In this document: piece by piece, positions 39,127 through 49,153 of the stretch
Layout of the letters: every line of letters begins with the position of its first letter
Position numbering within the stretch: position 1 is the first letter of the stretch
Assembly (NCBI GenBank): GCA_963797095.1
Contig: CAWCNY010000003.1
Coordinates: 672,001-736,000 of the forward strand
Reading direction: 5' to 3'
DNA: 64,000 nt
Source: an uncultured Chloroflexia bacterium
Lineage (GTDB): Bacteria > Chloroflexota > Chloroflexia > QHBQ01 > JADMIH01
Translations under genes and position numbers: made by a program
The notes under the pieces: model-generated
The model's database searches: none
What the model was told of the DNA's origin: nothing
Seen by the model: the letters and a program-made list of their open reading frames with translations, nothing else

Positions 39127-39690
39127 TCACAACCGGGACAACGGACGGTCGCATAGCCACGAGAGCATCAACATGTGCCCACTTGGAAGATACAACGGAA
39201 TTCGGTAAACTGTGATGTGCACCCCAAACGCGCCCGCCTTGCGAAATTGAAGGAGTAGATTGGCATCGCAAAACCGATCGGCCACCCTAAGGGTATATAT
39301 ATTAGGGCCGTGGTAACTATCCTGCGTATATACTCCTGCCAGCGTTTCAACCATGCTATCATCACCAGGCGCGATCTCTCGTACCACTTCTACACCCTTC
39401 CACCAGGTCACGCCCGGCGAGGTCGAAAGTACCAACTTTACCTCGTCAGGTTCAAGCGTGGGGTCCTCACGCAGAAGGCCCGTAACATGGTCGCTGTTCG
39501 TATGCACAACTGTGACAGGCCTGGAGCCGTTGAGGCAGGTAGGCCACCCGAAATATTGGCAAGCAGTTTGGGGGCTTACCAGTTCGCTCTGTCTGCCAGG
39601 CAACACCTCTGGCTGAAGGAGAACACTACTACTCCGAAATAATTCAACTCTACTCGTGCTCACGTTCCTAATCTCCTTTGATCGGCCCAC
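39127..39690 (-). CDS. Hypothetical protein
   Basis: 187-aa ORF directly downstream of operator copy 2; no recognisable motif. Confidence 0.5.
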   Translation of the reverse strand: MGRSKEIRNVSTSRVELFRSSSVLLQPEVLPGRQSELVSPQTACQYFGWPTCLNGSRPVTVVHTNSDHVTGLLREDPTLEPDEVKLVLSTSPGVTWWKGVEVVREIAPGDDSMVETLAGVYTQDSYHGPNIYTLRVADRFCDANLLLQFRKAGAFGVHITVYRIPLYLPSGHMLMLSWLCDRPLSRL

Positions 39691-39747
39691 TTGAGAAATA
39701 GCGACCGCACCAATACGTCAGTCCCTAAATAAGCAACGGCTACCTGT

Positions 39748-39794
39748 ATTGTCAGGCATCTTCTGCTATAATGGCTGTCACAAGAAGTGTCACA
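39748..39794 (-). promoter_or_regulatory. Direct-repeat operator plus -10 (copy 2)
   Basis: TGTGACACTTCTTGTGACA-N22-GACAAT. Confidence 0.6.
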
Positions 39795-39931
39795 AATATC
39801 GCAGTGACACTCCACGTGTGATAGGCAACACGTGACACGCAAACGCCCATTAAAAAGCACGCAAGCCCATAACCGTTACGTGTTGCCTTTTGATCATAGG
39901 TATAACTTGCTGGTCTAATCGTTGTTCAATT

Positions 39932-42673
39932 ATGGATAGTACTTCCACTTCATTCGGCCAATGGCTCAGAAAAACGCGTAAAGCCCAGGGCATAACCCAG
40001 GAAGAGCTCGCGTCACAAATCGGCTGTGCCTTCGAGACAATTCGGAAGATCGAGGCAGGAAGCAGGCGCCCATCGCGCCAGATGGCCGAGCTAATCGCGC
40101 GCAAGCTTGGCATAGCTGAGCGGGACCTACCCGAATTCGCCGCCTGGGCAAGAGCCGATTCAAACAGGCAGCACGCGCCTGCTCCTATCGAACACAATGA
40201 TCAGGGCACAGGCACGTCCCCACATCTCACCCCTCATCCCTCACGTTTCACGTCCAGCGGCATCCCCTCCCCGCCAACCCCGTTCATCGGTCGCCAGGAC
40301 GAAGTACAGGCCGTTTGCCATCTCCTCGAAGGCGAGCGCACGCGCCTCGTCACCCTCTTGGGTCCACCCGGCATAGGCAAGACCCGCCTCGCCATTGAGG
40401 TCGCCCGCACCTGCAAACAAGACTTCGAACACGGCACGTTCTTTGCAGAGATGGCCTCCATTTCAACCCATGAACTATTCATCCCAACCCTCGCCGCCGC
40501 CATTGGCATCAAGGGCAGGGGTGGCCCCGACGGCGTGAGCGACCCCCACCGTATCATCTACGACCACCTGTGCGGGCGTCGTGCCCTCCTCGTGCTCGAC
40601 AATATGGAGCACATCCTCCCCGAAGCCGCTAACGAAGTGATCGACCTGCTAGATGCCTGTCCCCACCTCAGAATCCTCGCCACCAGCAGAGAACCCCTCC
40701 ACATTTACGGCGAACGCGAGTACGATGTGCCTCCCCTCACCAACGCCCAGGTCGACCCGGACCCTGATGCGAAGTCCCCCAACCTCGCGCGCCCACCCTC
40801 GTACTATGAACAATACGAGGCCGTGCAGCTTTTCCTCCAGCGCGCACACGATGTCGATCCCAATCTGACCCTCACCGAAAACCACGCCTCCTACATAGCC
40901 CGCATCTGCCATCAACTGGATGATTTGCCCCTCGCCATTGAGCTAGCAGCCGCCCAGTGCAAAGTGCTGACACCCAAAGTATTGCTAGCCCGCCTCTCCA
41001 AAAAGCTCGCCTTGCTAACACGAGGCGCGAACGACCTTCCTGATCGCCAGCAGACCCTCTTTGGAGCCATAGATTGGAGCTACAAACTCCTCACCGAGAG
41101 AGAACGCAAACTCTTCAGGCGCTTGAGCGTCTTCAAAGGGGGCGCATCCCTCGAAGCAATAGAGGCTATATGTGCCCTGCCGGGCGAGCAAGGCTCTGAT
41201 CTACTGAACTCAATTAGCGCCCTCGTAGACAAGAGCCTTCTAAGACGTGAAACAGATGACGAAGGCGAGCCACGCTTCTATATGCTCCTGACAATCGGAG
41301 AATATGCCGCCGGTCGCCTGAACGAAAGCGACGAAGCAGCAACTATACGCGAGCGTCACGCAGCCTACTACACCGCCCTCGCCGAGCACGCCGAATCTGC
41401 CCTCACAAGCGCCAGGCGCGAAACCTGGCTCAGCATCCTCGACGCCGAGCTATACAACCTCCGCGCCGCCATGCGATGGGCATTGCAATCCGACACCGAC
41501 AACCAGGCAAGCGCCAGGCCCATCCAGGCCCTCCAGGTCGCCGGGGCGCTCCACTGGTTCTGGTTCCTGCGCGGGCGCAGTATTGAAGGCCGCGACTGGC
41601 TTGAGAAATCACTTGCCGCCGCCCACAACCAAAACACCTACGAACACAACAACACCAAACCAATCCTCGCCAGGGCGCTTGACGCGGCGGGCAGGCTTGC
41701 CCTCATGCAAAGCGATTTCGATAGCGTCCTTCCCCTCCTCGAACAGGGCGTGGCTCTCTGGCGTGATATTGGCGACAAGCGCGGGCTGGCCTACGCCCTC
41801 ACCAACCTGGGCGTTGCCATCGTCTACCTGGGCCGTCAGGATGGCTCCGCAGGCACGGCCCTTATCGAAGAAGCCGCCGCCATCTTCAAAGATCTGAAAG
41901 ATAACTGGGGCCTCGCTTTCGCCCTCGATTTCATGGGCGACGCCATCGCCCTCCTCGGCGGCAGCGACGAACGGGTAGCCAGGCACAAATTGCAAAGCCT
42001 TAACCTCTACCGGGACCTCGAGGACAGCTGGGGTATCGCCTCCCTCCTCAGCGACCTCGGCTACACGGCCCTCCGCCAGGACGATTTCAACAGAGCGCGC
42101 CAGTACCTCGAAGAGGCCCTCGAAGTAGCGCGCATCGTAGGTGACAAGCGCTATATCGCCTTCGCCGTCGGTGGCCTGGCCGAGGTTACCTGGCACATGG
42201 GTAACCTCGTTGAAACGCACAAACTCTTCACCGAGAGCCTGGAACTCCACCGCGAATTGGGCGAGCGCCTCGGCGAGGCAACCGCCCTCCGCAACCTCGG
42301 CCTTCTCGCCCATACCGAAGGCAAAGTATACGAAGCGAGCAAACTCTTCAGGCAAAGCCTTAAGATCGCCCAGGAGGTCGGCAACAAGCAAAACCTGGCC
42401 CTCATGCTGGGTGCTGCTGCCGGGCTGATCGGGGCGGTCGGCAAGACCAGGGAGGCCGCCCGTCTGCTCGGCGCATCAGATACCCTACGCGAATCGAGCG
42501 GCGGTCTCCTCCCCCCCACCGACCGCATCCAGCGGACCTATACCTACGAAACCCTCCGCTCTCTACTGGGCGACTCCAGCCTCGAAGAGGAAATGGCGAA
42601 TGGCAAAGCTACTCCTCTGGAGCGAAGTCTACAACTAGTTGAATCCGGCCTCCTGTCTATCTACACAGATTAA
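39932..42673 (+). CDS. XRE-HTH / NB-ARC-like STAND ATPase / TPR transcriptional regulator
   Basis: FGQWLR..TQEELA..KIEAG.RRPS; GPPGIGKT, LVLDNMEH, ATSRE, LPLAIELAAA, WSYKLL; TPR-like C-terminus. Confidence 0.92.
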   Translation: MDSTSTSFGQWLRKTRKAQGITQEELASQIGCAFETIRKIEAGSRRPSRQMAELIARKLGIAERDLPEFAAWARADSNRQHAPAPIEHNDQGTGTSPHLTPHPSRFTSSGIPSPPTPFIGRQDEVQAVCHLLEGERTRLVTLLGPPGIGKTRLAIEVARTCKQDFEHGTFFAEMASISTHELFIPTLAAAIGIKGRGGPDGVSDPHRIIYDHLCGRRALLVLDNMEHILPEAANEVIDLLDACPHLRILATSREPLHIYGEREYDVPPLTNAQVDPDPDAKSPNLARPPSYYEQYEAVQLFLQRAHDVDPNLTLTENHASYIARICHQLDDLPLAIELAAAQCKVLTPKVLLARLSKKLALLTRGANDLPDRQQTLFGAIDWSYKLLTERERKLFRRLSVFKGGASLEAIEAICALPGEQGSDLLNSISALVDKSLLRRETDDEGEPRFYMLLTIGEYAAGRLNESDEAATIRERHAAYYTALAEHAESALTSARRETWLSILDAELYNLRAAMRWALQSDTDNQASARPIQALQVAGALHWFWFLRGRSIEGRDWLEKSLAAAHNQNTYEHNNTKPILARALDAAGRLALMQSDFDSVLPLLEQGVALWRDIGDKRGLAYALTNLGVAIVYLGRQDGSAGTALIEEAAAIFKDLKDNWGLAFALDFMGDAIALLGGSDERVARHKLQSLNLYRDLEDSWGIASLLSDLGYTALRQDDFNRARQYLEEALEVARIVGDKRYIAFAVGGLAEVTWHMGNLVETHKLFTESLELHRELGERLGEATALRNLGLLAHTEGKVYEASKLFRQSLKIAQEVGNKQNLALMLGAAAGLIGAVGKTREAARLLGASDTLRESSGGLLPPTDRIQRTYTYETLRSLLGDSSLEEEMANGKATPLERSLQLVESGLLSIYTD

Positions 42674-42728
42674 TCTCTGACAGGAAAAAAGCTATCTTAA
42701 ACGGGCTGGACCTGCCCCCGCTTCATTT

Positions 42729-42775
42729 TGTGACACTTCTAGTGACGGTAAATCCACTTGTATATCCCATAGAAT
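42729..42775 (+). promoter_or_regulatory. Direct-repeat operator plus -10 (copy 3) upstream of the peptidase-precursor operon
   Basis: TGTGACACTTCTAGTGACG-N22-TAGAAT. Confidence 0.65.
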
Positions 42776-42822
42776 GTCTGTAGAGTAATAGACACTCTAG
42801 TTCGCTCCGCGGCGCGTGAGAG

Positions 42823-44478
42823 ATGGGTAAGTATAAAGTCGATACCGCCATTCACAGTCCTACTGACACTGTAGCCTACCACCAACAAGATACCAGCCAT
42901 TGGTGCGCCTCAGCCTGCGCGCTCATGGTGCTCCATACTCTTGGCGTGACACGTTCGGCGGGCTTCCCGCTCGACCAAAAGCGTGTGCGCATGGTAGCAC
43001 AAAACAGCGCCAGGTCCGACCCTACTTATCAATGGGTCGCGGCCCCCGATGGCCTGACGGCAGCTCTCAACTACTTCTGCGAGCGCAGCGATGTGGCCCT
43101 CCCAGATAAGCAAGGCGCAACCAGGCGCTGGGAGTTGGTGGCCGCCGACACCGAGGAAGAGGTCTCCCGCTACATAGTCTGGACCCTCTGGCACTACCGC
43201 AGCCCGGCCATCGCCCTCGTCTTTGGTATGCAGCACTGGCTGGTCGTCGGCGGGTGCGTTACCAGCGCCCCACCTAAAGGCCCCGACGACACAGGCTACG
43301 ACATAATTGGCTTCCACCTCAGCGACCCCTGGCCCCCCATTCCTCGTGAGCTTGCCCGCAACGACCACTTCCAACACATGGACCGCCGCGAACCGACCGG
43401 CAGCTTCGTCGCCATAGACGGCTGCGGCAGCGGCTGGCAAGGAGACCCCAACAGCGACGTCCTGGGCGGGCGTGGCGTAGCCCTTCGCTACGTCTCTTAT
43501 AACGACTGGCGCGTCCGCGATCATAGCACCCCCGACCGCAGACGTCATACCGGCTACATGACCGGCATCCCTCCCACCCTCAAGCTAACCACCAGGCGCG
43601 GCAAGCCCGACATCCCGGTCCGCTCGCGCTGGGTCGGCAAATTCCTCGCCATCTGCGACCCCGTAACCACCACACAATCCCGCCGCACCACCGCAACAAG
43701 CGAACCCGCCGAGAGGTTCCTGACAGGTCTCCCAACCACCCCCCAGGCCCCCAAAGGCAATCCACAGAGCCTTCAACAGAACAAAGGACTCCTCTTGCGG
43801 CAAATATCACCCGCCGAAGCTATCGAGGTCGCCACACAAGCCCTGAGCAAAGAAAGTGCCTATTTGGAGCAGCCCCTGCAAGCCCATACAACCACACACG
43901 ATGGGGCTAAACAAGTCGATTTGCAGCAAGATCGGTTGCCATCAAACGCGGCACAGGCCGGAGAGCCTCTGCTAGTCGAATGGCTCGACGAACCTGGCAC
44001 CTACCACCTGGAATCGGCTTACTACATAATCCCTTTCACCTCGCATGGAGCGCAACACACTGCCGTACGCATAGCGGCCCGCATGCCCTTCTGGCTAAAA
44101 GATGCGCGCGAGGAACAAGAGGAGAAAAGCAAACTCTTTCTGGGTTTCAATATGCTTGCGCAAAACAGCCGCAATAATCACGAGGCGCGGCAGGCTTCCG
44201 CGATCATGGGCGCAGACAGAGCGCGCACCATCATAACGGGCGGCTCTTTCAGAGGTACACAAGGAGAGCGTATCGCCGTGCCGAACACCTACACAGGCAC
44301 GGGTAGAGCGGTCTGGAAGCCCTGCATCGAATCGTTCGATCCCTACTGTCCCTTCTACGAATTCGCGATCCAGGCGGCAGAAAATAACAGTAATCGTAGC
44401 GAGCCTGCGTACTTGTACGTTCGGGCCTTTGACGGGAAGGTATTCACCCACCTGACCGAACACTTCGGCGGCGCATGA
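42823..44478 (+). CDS. C39/papain-like cysteine peptidase with an additional C-terminal domain
   Basis: YHQQD..WCASAC (oxyanion Q, catalytic C), QHWLVV (H), SDPW (D). Confidence 0.75.
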   Translation: MGKYKVDTAIHSPTDTVAYHQQDTSHWCASACALMVLHTLGVTRSAGFPLDQKRVRMVAQNSARSDPTYQWVAAPDGLTAALNYFCERSDVALPDKQGATRRWELVAADTEEEVSRYIVWTLWHYRSPAIALVFGMQHWLVVGGCVTSAPPKGPDDTGYDIIGFHLSDPWPPIPRELARNDHFQHMDRREPTGSFVAIDGCGSGWQGDPNSDVLGGRGVALRYVSYNDWRVRDHSTPDRRRHTGYMTGIPPTLKLTTRRGKPDIPVRSRWVGKFLAICDPVTTTQSRRTTATSEPAERFLTGLPTTPQAPKGNPQSLQQNKGLLLRQISPAEAIEVATQALSKESAYLEQPLQAHTTTHDGAKQVDLQQDRLPSNAAQAGEPLLVEWLDEPGTYHLESAYYIIPFTSHGAQHTAVRIAARMPFWLKDAREEQEEKSKLFLGFNMLAQNSRNNHEARQASAIMGADRARTIITGGSFRGTQGERIAVPNTYTGTGRAVWKPCIESFDPYCPFYEFAIQAAENNSNRSEPAYLYVRAFDGKVFTHLTEHFGGA

Positions 44479-44551
44479 CCGGACCGCAAAACATGGCGGC
44501 TTGTGTTTCGCGCTCCCAGGTCACAGAGTTCAAATCATTGAGGAGGATGAC

Positions 44552-45019
44552 ATGGCACAGGATTGGATACAGAACAAGTTGGTAAGCGATATAGAGGACG
44601 GCCTATGGGGCGAGCGACTTCCCAAGAACCTGGTAGCGGTCTGGGGCTTCCCCGCCAACTCAGGACGCGAAGAATACGACCGCCTTTATCTATCCCTTAA
44701 TTTCAACGAGTACATCGAGTTCCCCCACAACGGCGTAGTCCACGTGGAGGACGCGGGTGGGCCTGACAACCCTTTCAGCGGTTCGATGGTCTGGCTGAGG
44801 CATGATACCCCCGTAGACCACGTGCGCATCGACGCCGTTGACCTCCAGCGCGGCTTCCTGCAAGGCGGAATAGCAGGCTCCCTCATGGGCAACGCCCAGA
44901 ACATGACTGCCAACAACGCCAACGCCCTGGCTGGAGTAGCTGCCGGTGGCGGCACTCTCGTATGCACAGGTGGCGGCACGCTCGTCTGCACAGCAGGCGG
45001 CCCCGGCACAGACGGCTAA
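44552..45019 (+). CDS. Putative RiPP precursor 1: long leader domain and core with GGGTLVCT x2
   Basis: GAGGAGG RBS; all Cys confined to the tail; homologous to 49154-49618; adjacent to LanC. Confidence 0.75.
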   Translation: MAQDWIQNKLVSDIEDGLWGERLPKNLVAVWGFPANSGREEYDRLYLSLNFNEYIEFPHNGVVHVEDAGGPDNPFSGSMVWLRHDTPVDHVRIDAVDLQRGFLQGGIAGSLMGNAQNMTANNANALAGVAAGGGTLVCTGGGTLVCTAGGPGTDG

Positions 45020-45044
45020 CCCACACCAGGCCGAAAACGCATTC

Positions 45045-45132
45045 AGGGGGTGTCACCCCCGCCGAGTGGTTGGGATGTCTCCCAACTCTCCCCTTTCCCC
45101 ACCTTACGGGGAAAGGGGTCAGGGGTGACGGG
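45045..45132. repeat. REP-like multi-hairpin element between convergent genes
   Basis: GGGGGTG/CACCCCC, GTTGGGA/TCCCAAC and CCCCTTTCCCC/GGGGAAAGGGG hairpins. Confidence 0.55.
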
Positions 45133-45188
45133 CAAACGCCCATCTCCCCATCTATGTCTATGCCAGGAGACCTATCCCTGAAACCCCT

Positions 45189-47594
45189 TCAGGGCACTCT
45201 ACCCCATGCTTTCGGCTCAACAAGAAGTACCGAAGGCACCTGCGGGTGTGCCAACCTCAAATAGAAGTGCCCTATCCCTGCTACCCCAAGCATCAGGCCC
45301 GGAGCCTGAGCATTCGGCCTGCCTCCCGTCCCGCACGCCCACCACCCATTCGCCTTATACCTGCGCGTCCCTTCCTCCCCTACCTCTTGAGCCAGGCTCC
45401 CTAGAGCCGCCCTTTCGCCATCACCCATCACACCACCAAGCGCGGCATGCCCCAATATGGTCGCGTTACCCGCCAGCCCGTGACACAGGGAATAATTACT
45501 CCCCCTCATCGCCAGGTCGCTCCGAACCGCATGTTCCGTCGTGCCGATAGCGATCCGCGCCTCCTCCCGGCGGGCCTCTTCCCCGGTCAACTCATAAGCG
45601 CGTAACCGCGACAGCGCAATCCCCGGCGCGCCATGACACCAGTACGTCATATAAACGAGAGCATCCCCTTCCCGGCCCCTCCCCCGCGACGGCCCTGTCT
45701 CCCGGAAATCAGGCCAGTTTCCCAACCTGCAATTCAACCACCCTTCCTCGTACCTGAAAGCGCCAAGCGCGGCCTCTCGGTATTGCCCATCCCCCGTCGC
45801 ATCCCACAATTCCAGCAGAGCGTACCCTATCCCCGCCGCCCCATGTGAAAACCCCGTAAGCGGCGCGGCCACCTTGCTCCCCACGCTCGGCCACGACAGC
45901 GCTCCCGACCTCTTATGCACCCGCGCCGAAGCCACCAACTCCTCGCCCAGCCGAACAGCGTAATCCAGGAGAAAGGGCGCGCCTGTAACCGACATAAGCG
46001 CCAAACACCCCACTATACCCCCGGCACTCCCCGTCAGCAGGTCGTACTCGTGCCCTGGGTGATCCTCCGAGGCACAGCGCCGCGCAATCTCGATGCCCGC
46101 CTCCAACATCTCTGCCTCACCAAGCAGCAGACCCGCCCTCCCCGCACCAAGCGCGATTCCCAGCCACCCCGTGTACAAGCCGGGTCGCGCCGCGGGCTTA
46201 AAAGCCTCCGCCTTATAGTAAGCATGGCGAAACGCCCCCAGCGCGCTTCGCCGCGCCTCCTCGTCGCCCGTCAACGCCGCGTATTCCGCCAGGAAAAGCC
46301 CAACACCAGCCGTGCCCGTATACAGATCGGGTCCAAGCGTGCTCCACTCCTCACGCCGCCCGCTGATCTCCGTCCCCTTCCTCTCATACAACACCTCGGT
46401 GCCGAGCCAGTTGCACATCCCCTCGTACCACACCGCGTCCGCCACAAGCTGATCCGCTATCGTGGATTCGTTCGAATTTATACCCGATCCAGACCGAGCA
46501 ATCTCGCCGATGCCGGCCCTTTTACCCCCAACCCCACGTCTCTCGCCCACACTTTTCGCGATTCGGCCCTCGTCAAACTGGAATGTGTAATTCCCCTCAG
46601 AACCCGCACCAAGATACGGCTGTTCGAGCGAGATACCCGCCTCATTGAAGCGATCAACCACCGCCCGAAGCCGGTCCTCAATCGAATGTGCGCCCTCCTC
46701 ATAAGCCCGGATAAGCCCATCCGCCACCAGCCCACACCTGTGCAGGCCGAAGCTATCCCCATCGCCTGGGTCTTCAGCAAGGCCCAACCCCGGTGCCAGC
46801 ATCAGAGTAAAAGCGGGCACAACACGCTGCATCTCTCCGTACAGGCTCGGGTAAATCTCCTCAAGCAGCGATGCCACCCTCCGGTAATGCCCCCGCCGAA
46901 TATACAGCACCCCTGCATCACACCGCTCGTACCTCTCGGGGTCATTCAGCACCTTCAGCCTGAACGGCACCTTTGCCCTATTCAAAGCTTCAGTACACAG
47001 TCGCATCAAGCCCGCCGCTCCCTCAGGCGTCACGTGCCAGTAAAAGCGCACCAGTTCCCCGCCACTCTCCTGAGAGCCATCATCCGGCGCGTCCAGGTCG
47101 AGATTCCCCACCGCCATATAGAAACCGGGCGACACAGCAGGAAGCTCCTTGCCAAACCGCAACAGCAGACCTCGTCCCCCCTCACCCTTCCTTCGGTAGC
47201 TCCCTTCCCCCGCCACCAGCAACAACCCCGCCCGTCCGGCAGCCACCAGCCCCGGCCCCAACCCCTCCAGGTCCACCTCCTCCCACCCATCGGCCCAGTA
47301 CCCCTGCCCGCTATTCGCTTCCGACAGCCTCTCGACATATGGAGCCTGCCCCCCCAATTTCCCGGCCCCCTCGCCCTCGCGCACAGGGATAGCCGACCCC
47401 GCACAATAGAAATGGCTGTAGAGGCGTGATTGAAGCGTATATTGAAGGAAACTGCGTGCCGTCCTCGGCGTGATCTCTCGCTCGATCCGGGGCAGCAATC
47501 GAGGCGAGCGCTTACCGAACCACGAAAAGACGGTGGACGAGTGTATATGCACAGCGCCAACAGCGCCGCTCAACTGCATCTCGTAATTGCTCAT
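45189..47594 (-). CDS. HopA1-like lyase domain fused to a LanC-like lanthionine cyclase
   Basis: N-terminal GFYMAVG, LVRFYWH, FRLKVL, RCDAGVLY, LAEDP..SFGLHRC; C-terminal DLYTGTAG, DLLTGSAG, GFSHGAAG, WCHGAPG, LCHGLAG, GLMLGVAG. Confidence 0.85.
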   Translation of the reverse strand: MSNYEMQLSGAVGAVHIHSSTVFSWFGKRSPRLLPRIEREITPRTARSFLQYTLQSRLYSHFYCAGSAIPVREGEGAGKLGGQAPYVERLSEANSGQGYWADGWEEVDLEGLGPGLVAAGRAGLLLVAGEGSYRRKGEGGRGLLLRFGKELPAVSPGFYMAVGNLDLDAPDDGSQESGGELVRFYWHVTPEGAAGLMRLCTEALNRAKVPFRLKVLNDPERYERCDAGVLYIRRGHYRRVASLLEEIYPSLYGEMQRVVPAFTLMLAPGLGLAEDPGDGDSFGLHRCGLVADGLIRAYEEGAHSIEDRLRAVVDRFNEAGISLEQPYLGAGSEGNYTFQFDEGRIAKSVGERRGVGGKRAGIGEIARSGSGINSNESTIADQLVADAVWYEGMCNWLGTEVLYERKGTEISGRREEWSTLGPDLYTGTAGVGLFLAEYAALTGDEEARRSALGAFRHAYYKAEAFKPAARPGLYTGWLGIALGAGRAGLLLGEAEMLEAGIEIARRCASEDHPGHEYDLLTGSAGGIVGCLALMSVTGAPFLLDYAVRLGEELVASARVHKRSGALSWPSVGSKVAAPLTGFSHGAAGIGYALLELWDATGDGQYREAALGAFRYEEGWLNCRLGNWPDFRETGPSRGRGREGDALVYMTYWCHGAPGIALSRLRAYELTGEEARREEARIAIGTTEHAVRSDLAMRGSNYSLCHGLAGNATILGHAALGGVMGDGERAALGSLAQEVGEEGTRRYKANGWWACGTGGRPNAQAPGLMLGVAGIGHFYLRLAHPQVPSVLLVEPKAWGRVP

Positions 47595-47889
47595 AATTGG
47601 TGAATTATACAAAATCGCGGGAGCAAATATGAGCAAAGAAGGAGTGCAGGGGCGAAGTCCCAGCCGGGGCCTCAGGTGTCCCTACCCTTCCATATCTCCC
47701 TAACATCTCTCACGAGTACGCACCTGCGCCTGCGCAGCAATTCTACCCCAATAAACCACCCGAAAGTACACCCCAAAACCTGTCCAGTTTTGCCCCATCA
47801 ACGTCACTTAGTATATAGAGGCAAACCGACCATCCACCACCCGAATCTCAACAAAAAGCCGGAAGACTACCCGATGGTCTACATTATTG

Positions 47890-49119
47890 TCAGGTCTGAA
47901 CTTGCTGCCAGAGCATTCTGCGCGTACCAAGCGGAATCCCCAACAACGCAATCGAAGCCTCTTCCGGGCGCTGGAGGATATTGAACGCAAGCTGTAACAA
48001 CACAACAATATTACCCGTCAGCAAGGCAGATACCTGCCCCTGCTCATAGGCCGTCTGCACCAGCCGGGCAGTGGCATACCGCACCGACCGGATCAGAAAC
48101 GCATCATGCAACCCAGGGTCGGTCAACCCACTCCCGCTCACATAAGCCGACCAGAAAGCCCGTATAGCCGGTCTCATCTTATCCAATGGATATCGCGCCA
48201 GGTCCAGAAACCGGTCGGGCGGGTCCTGCCCCGTAACAGGGATCGAAAGGAGCCAGTATGTCAGATACTCACCAAAAAACGAGCCGACATCCCAGCAGGG
48301 ATCGCCCAGCCTCGACAACTCCCAATCCACTATCTTCACGCCCGAAGACCAATCATAAGCGACCCCACCGCCCCCTCCGCAGGTCGGGCGATGCGCAAGT
48401 ATATTATTCCACTTGATATCGCAATGTATAGACGTATGCGAAATAGCCGCTTCCGCCCCTCAGCCCCTACCCACTCCTGCCTCAGACCATCAAGCAGCGC
48501 GCAGAACTCCGGAAATCTCTGCACGATCTTCACCGTCTGCACATTAGCATTCGAGAGCAACCCAAGCTCCCGCAAATAAGGCCTGTGCACAGACAATATC
48601 CAGTGTGGGGACCCACCATAAAACGAACGCTCAAGCACCCTGAACAGATTCAGGGTTATCTTCCAGCGTGATCGAATGAAGCGCCGCCAGCGCCCGCCCG
48701 ACCTCCCGCGCCAACCCGACCGAGAACTTGCCGGTGCGCGTGTGCCGCTCGCCAAGCGTCTCAGCCTCCCTCACCAGATCAAGAATTAGGGTGCTATCCG
48801 CCTCCTCAAAACCAAAGAAGCGAGGCAGAAAGCGAGCCACACCCGTCCCTGCCCCGCTCCCAAGCAGAGCCTCATAAACCGCCGCCTCATGCCCCACAGT
48901 AGCAGACCGCTCCGCCCCCACTCCCTGCTTCAGCAGATAAGAAGGCCCCAACTCGCTCTCAACCCGGAAGTTAGTATTGCGAAACGAAGCGTCGGAGATG
49001 CGAAGGGCATCCGCAACCAACACTCGCGATGATAGAAGTTCGTTCTGGAGGAGATAGTTGAGAATGATCCATTGTGCAGGCCGAGCCAATCTTTCGTCAG
49101 ACCTCAGCGACTCAAACAT
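47890..49119 (-). pseudogene. APH-like phosphotransferase (class V LanK/LxmK-type peptide kinase) split by two frameshifts
   Basis: YLLKQ, HEAAVY, VGRALAALH; shifted segment PHWILSVHRP..LDGLRQEW; HCDIKWNN, IVDWE, GDPCWDVG; shifts near 48640 and 48460. Confidence 0.75.
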
Positions 49120-49153
49120 TGCACTATCTCGTTGTGCGGATAAGTACCATACG

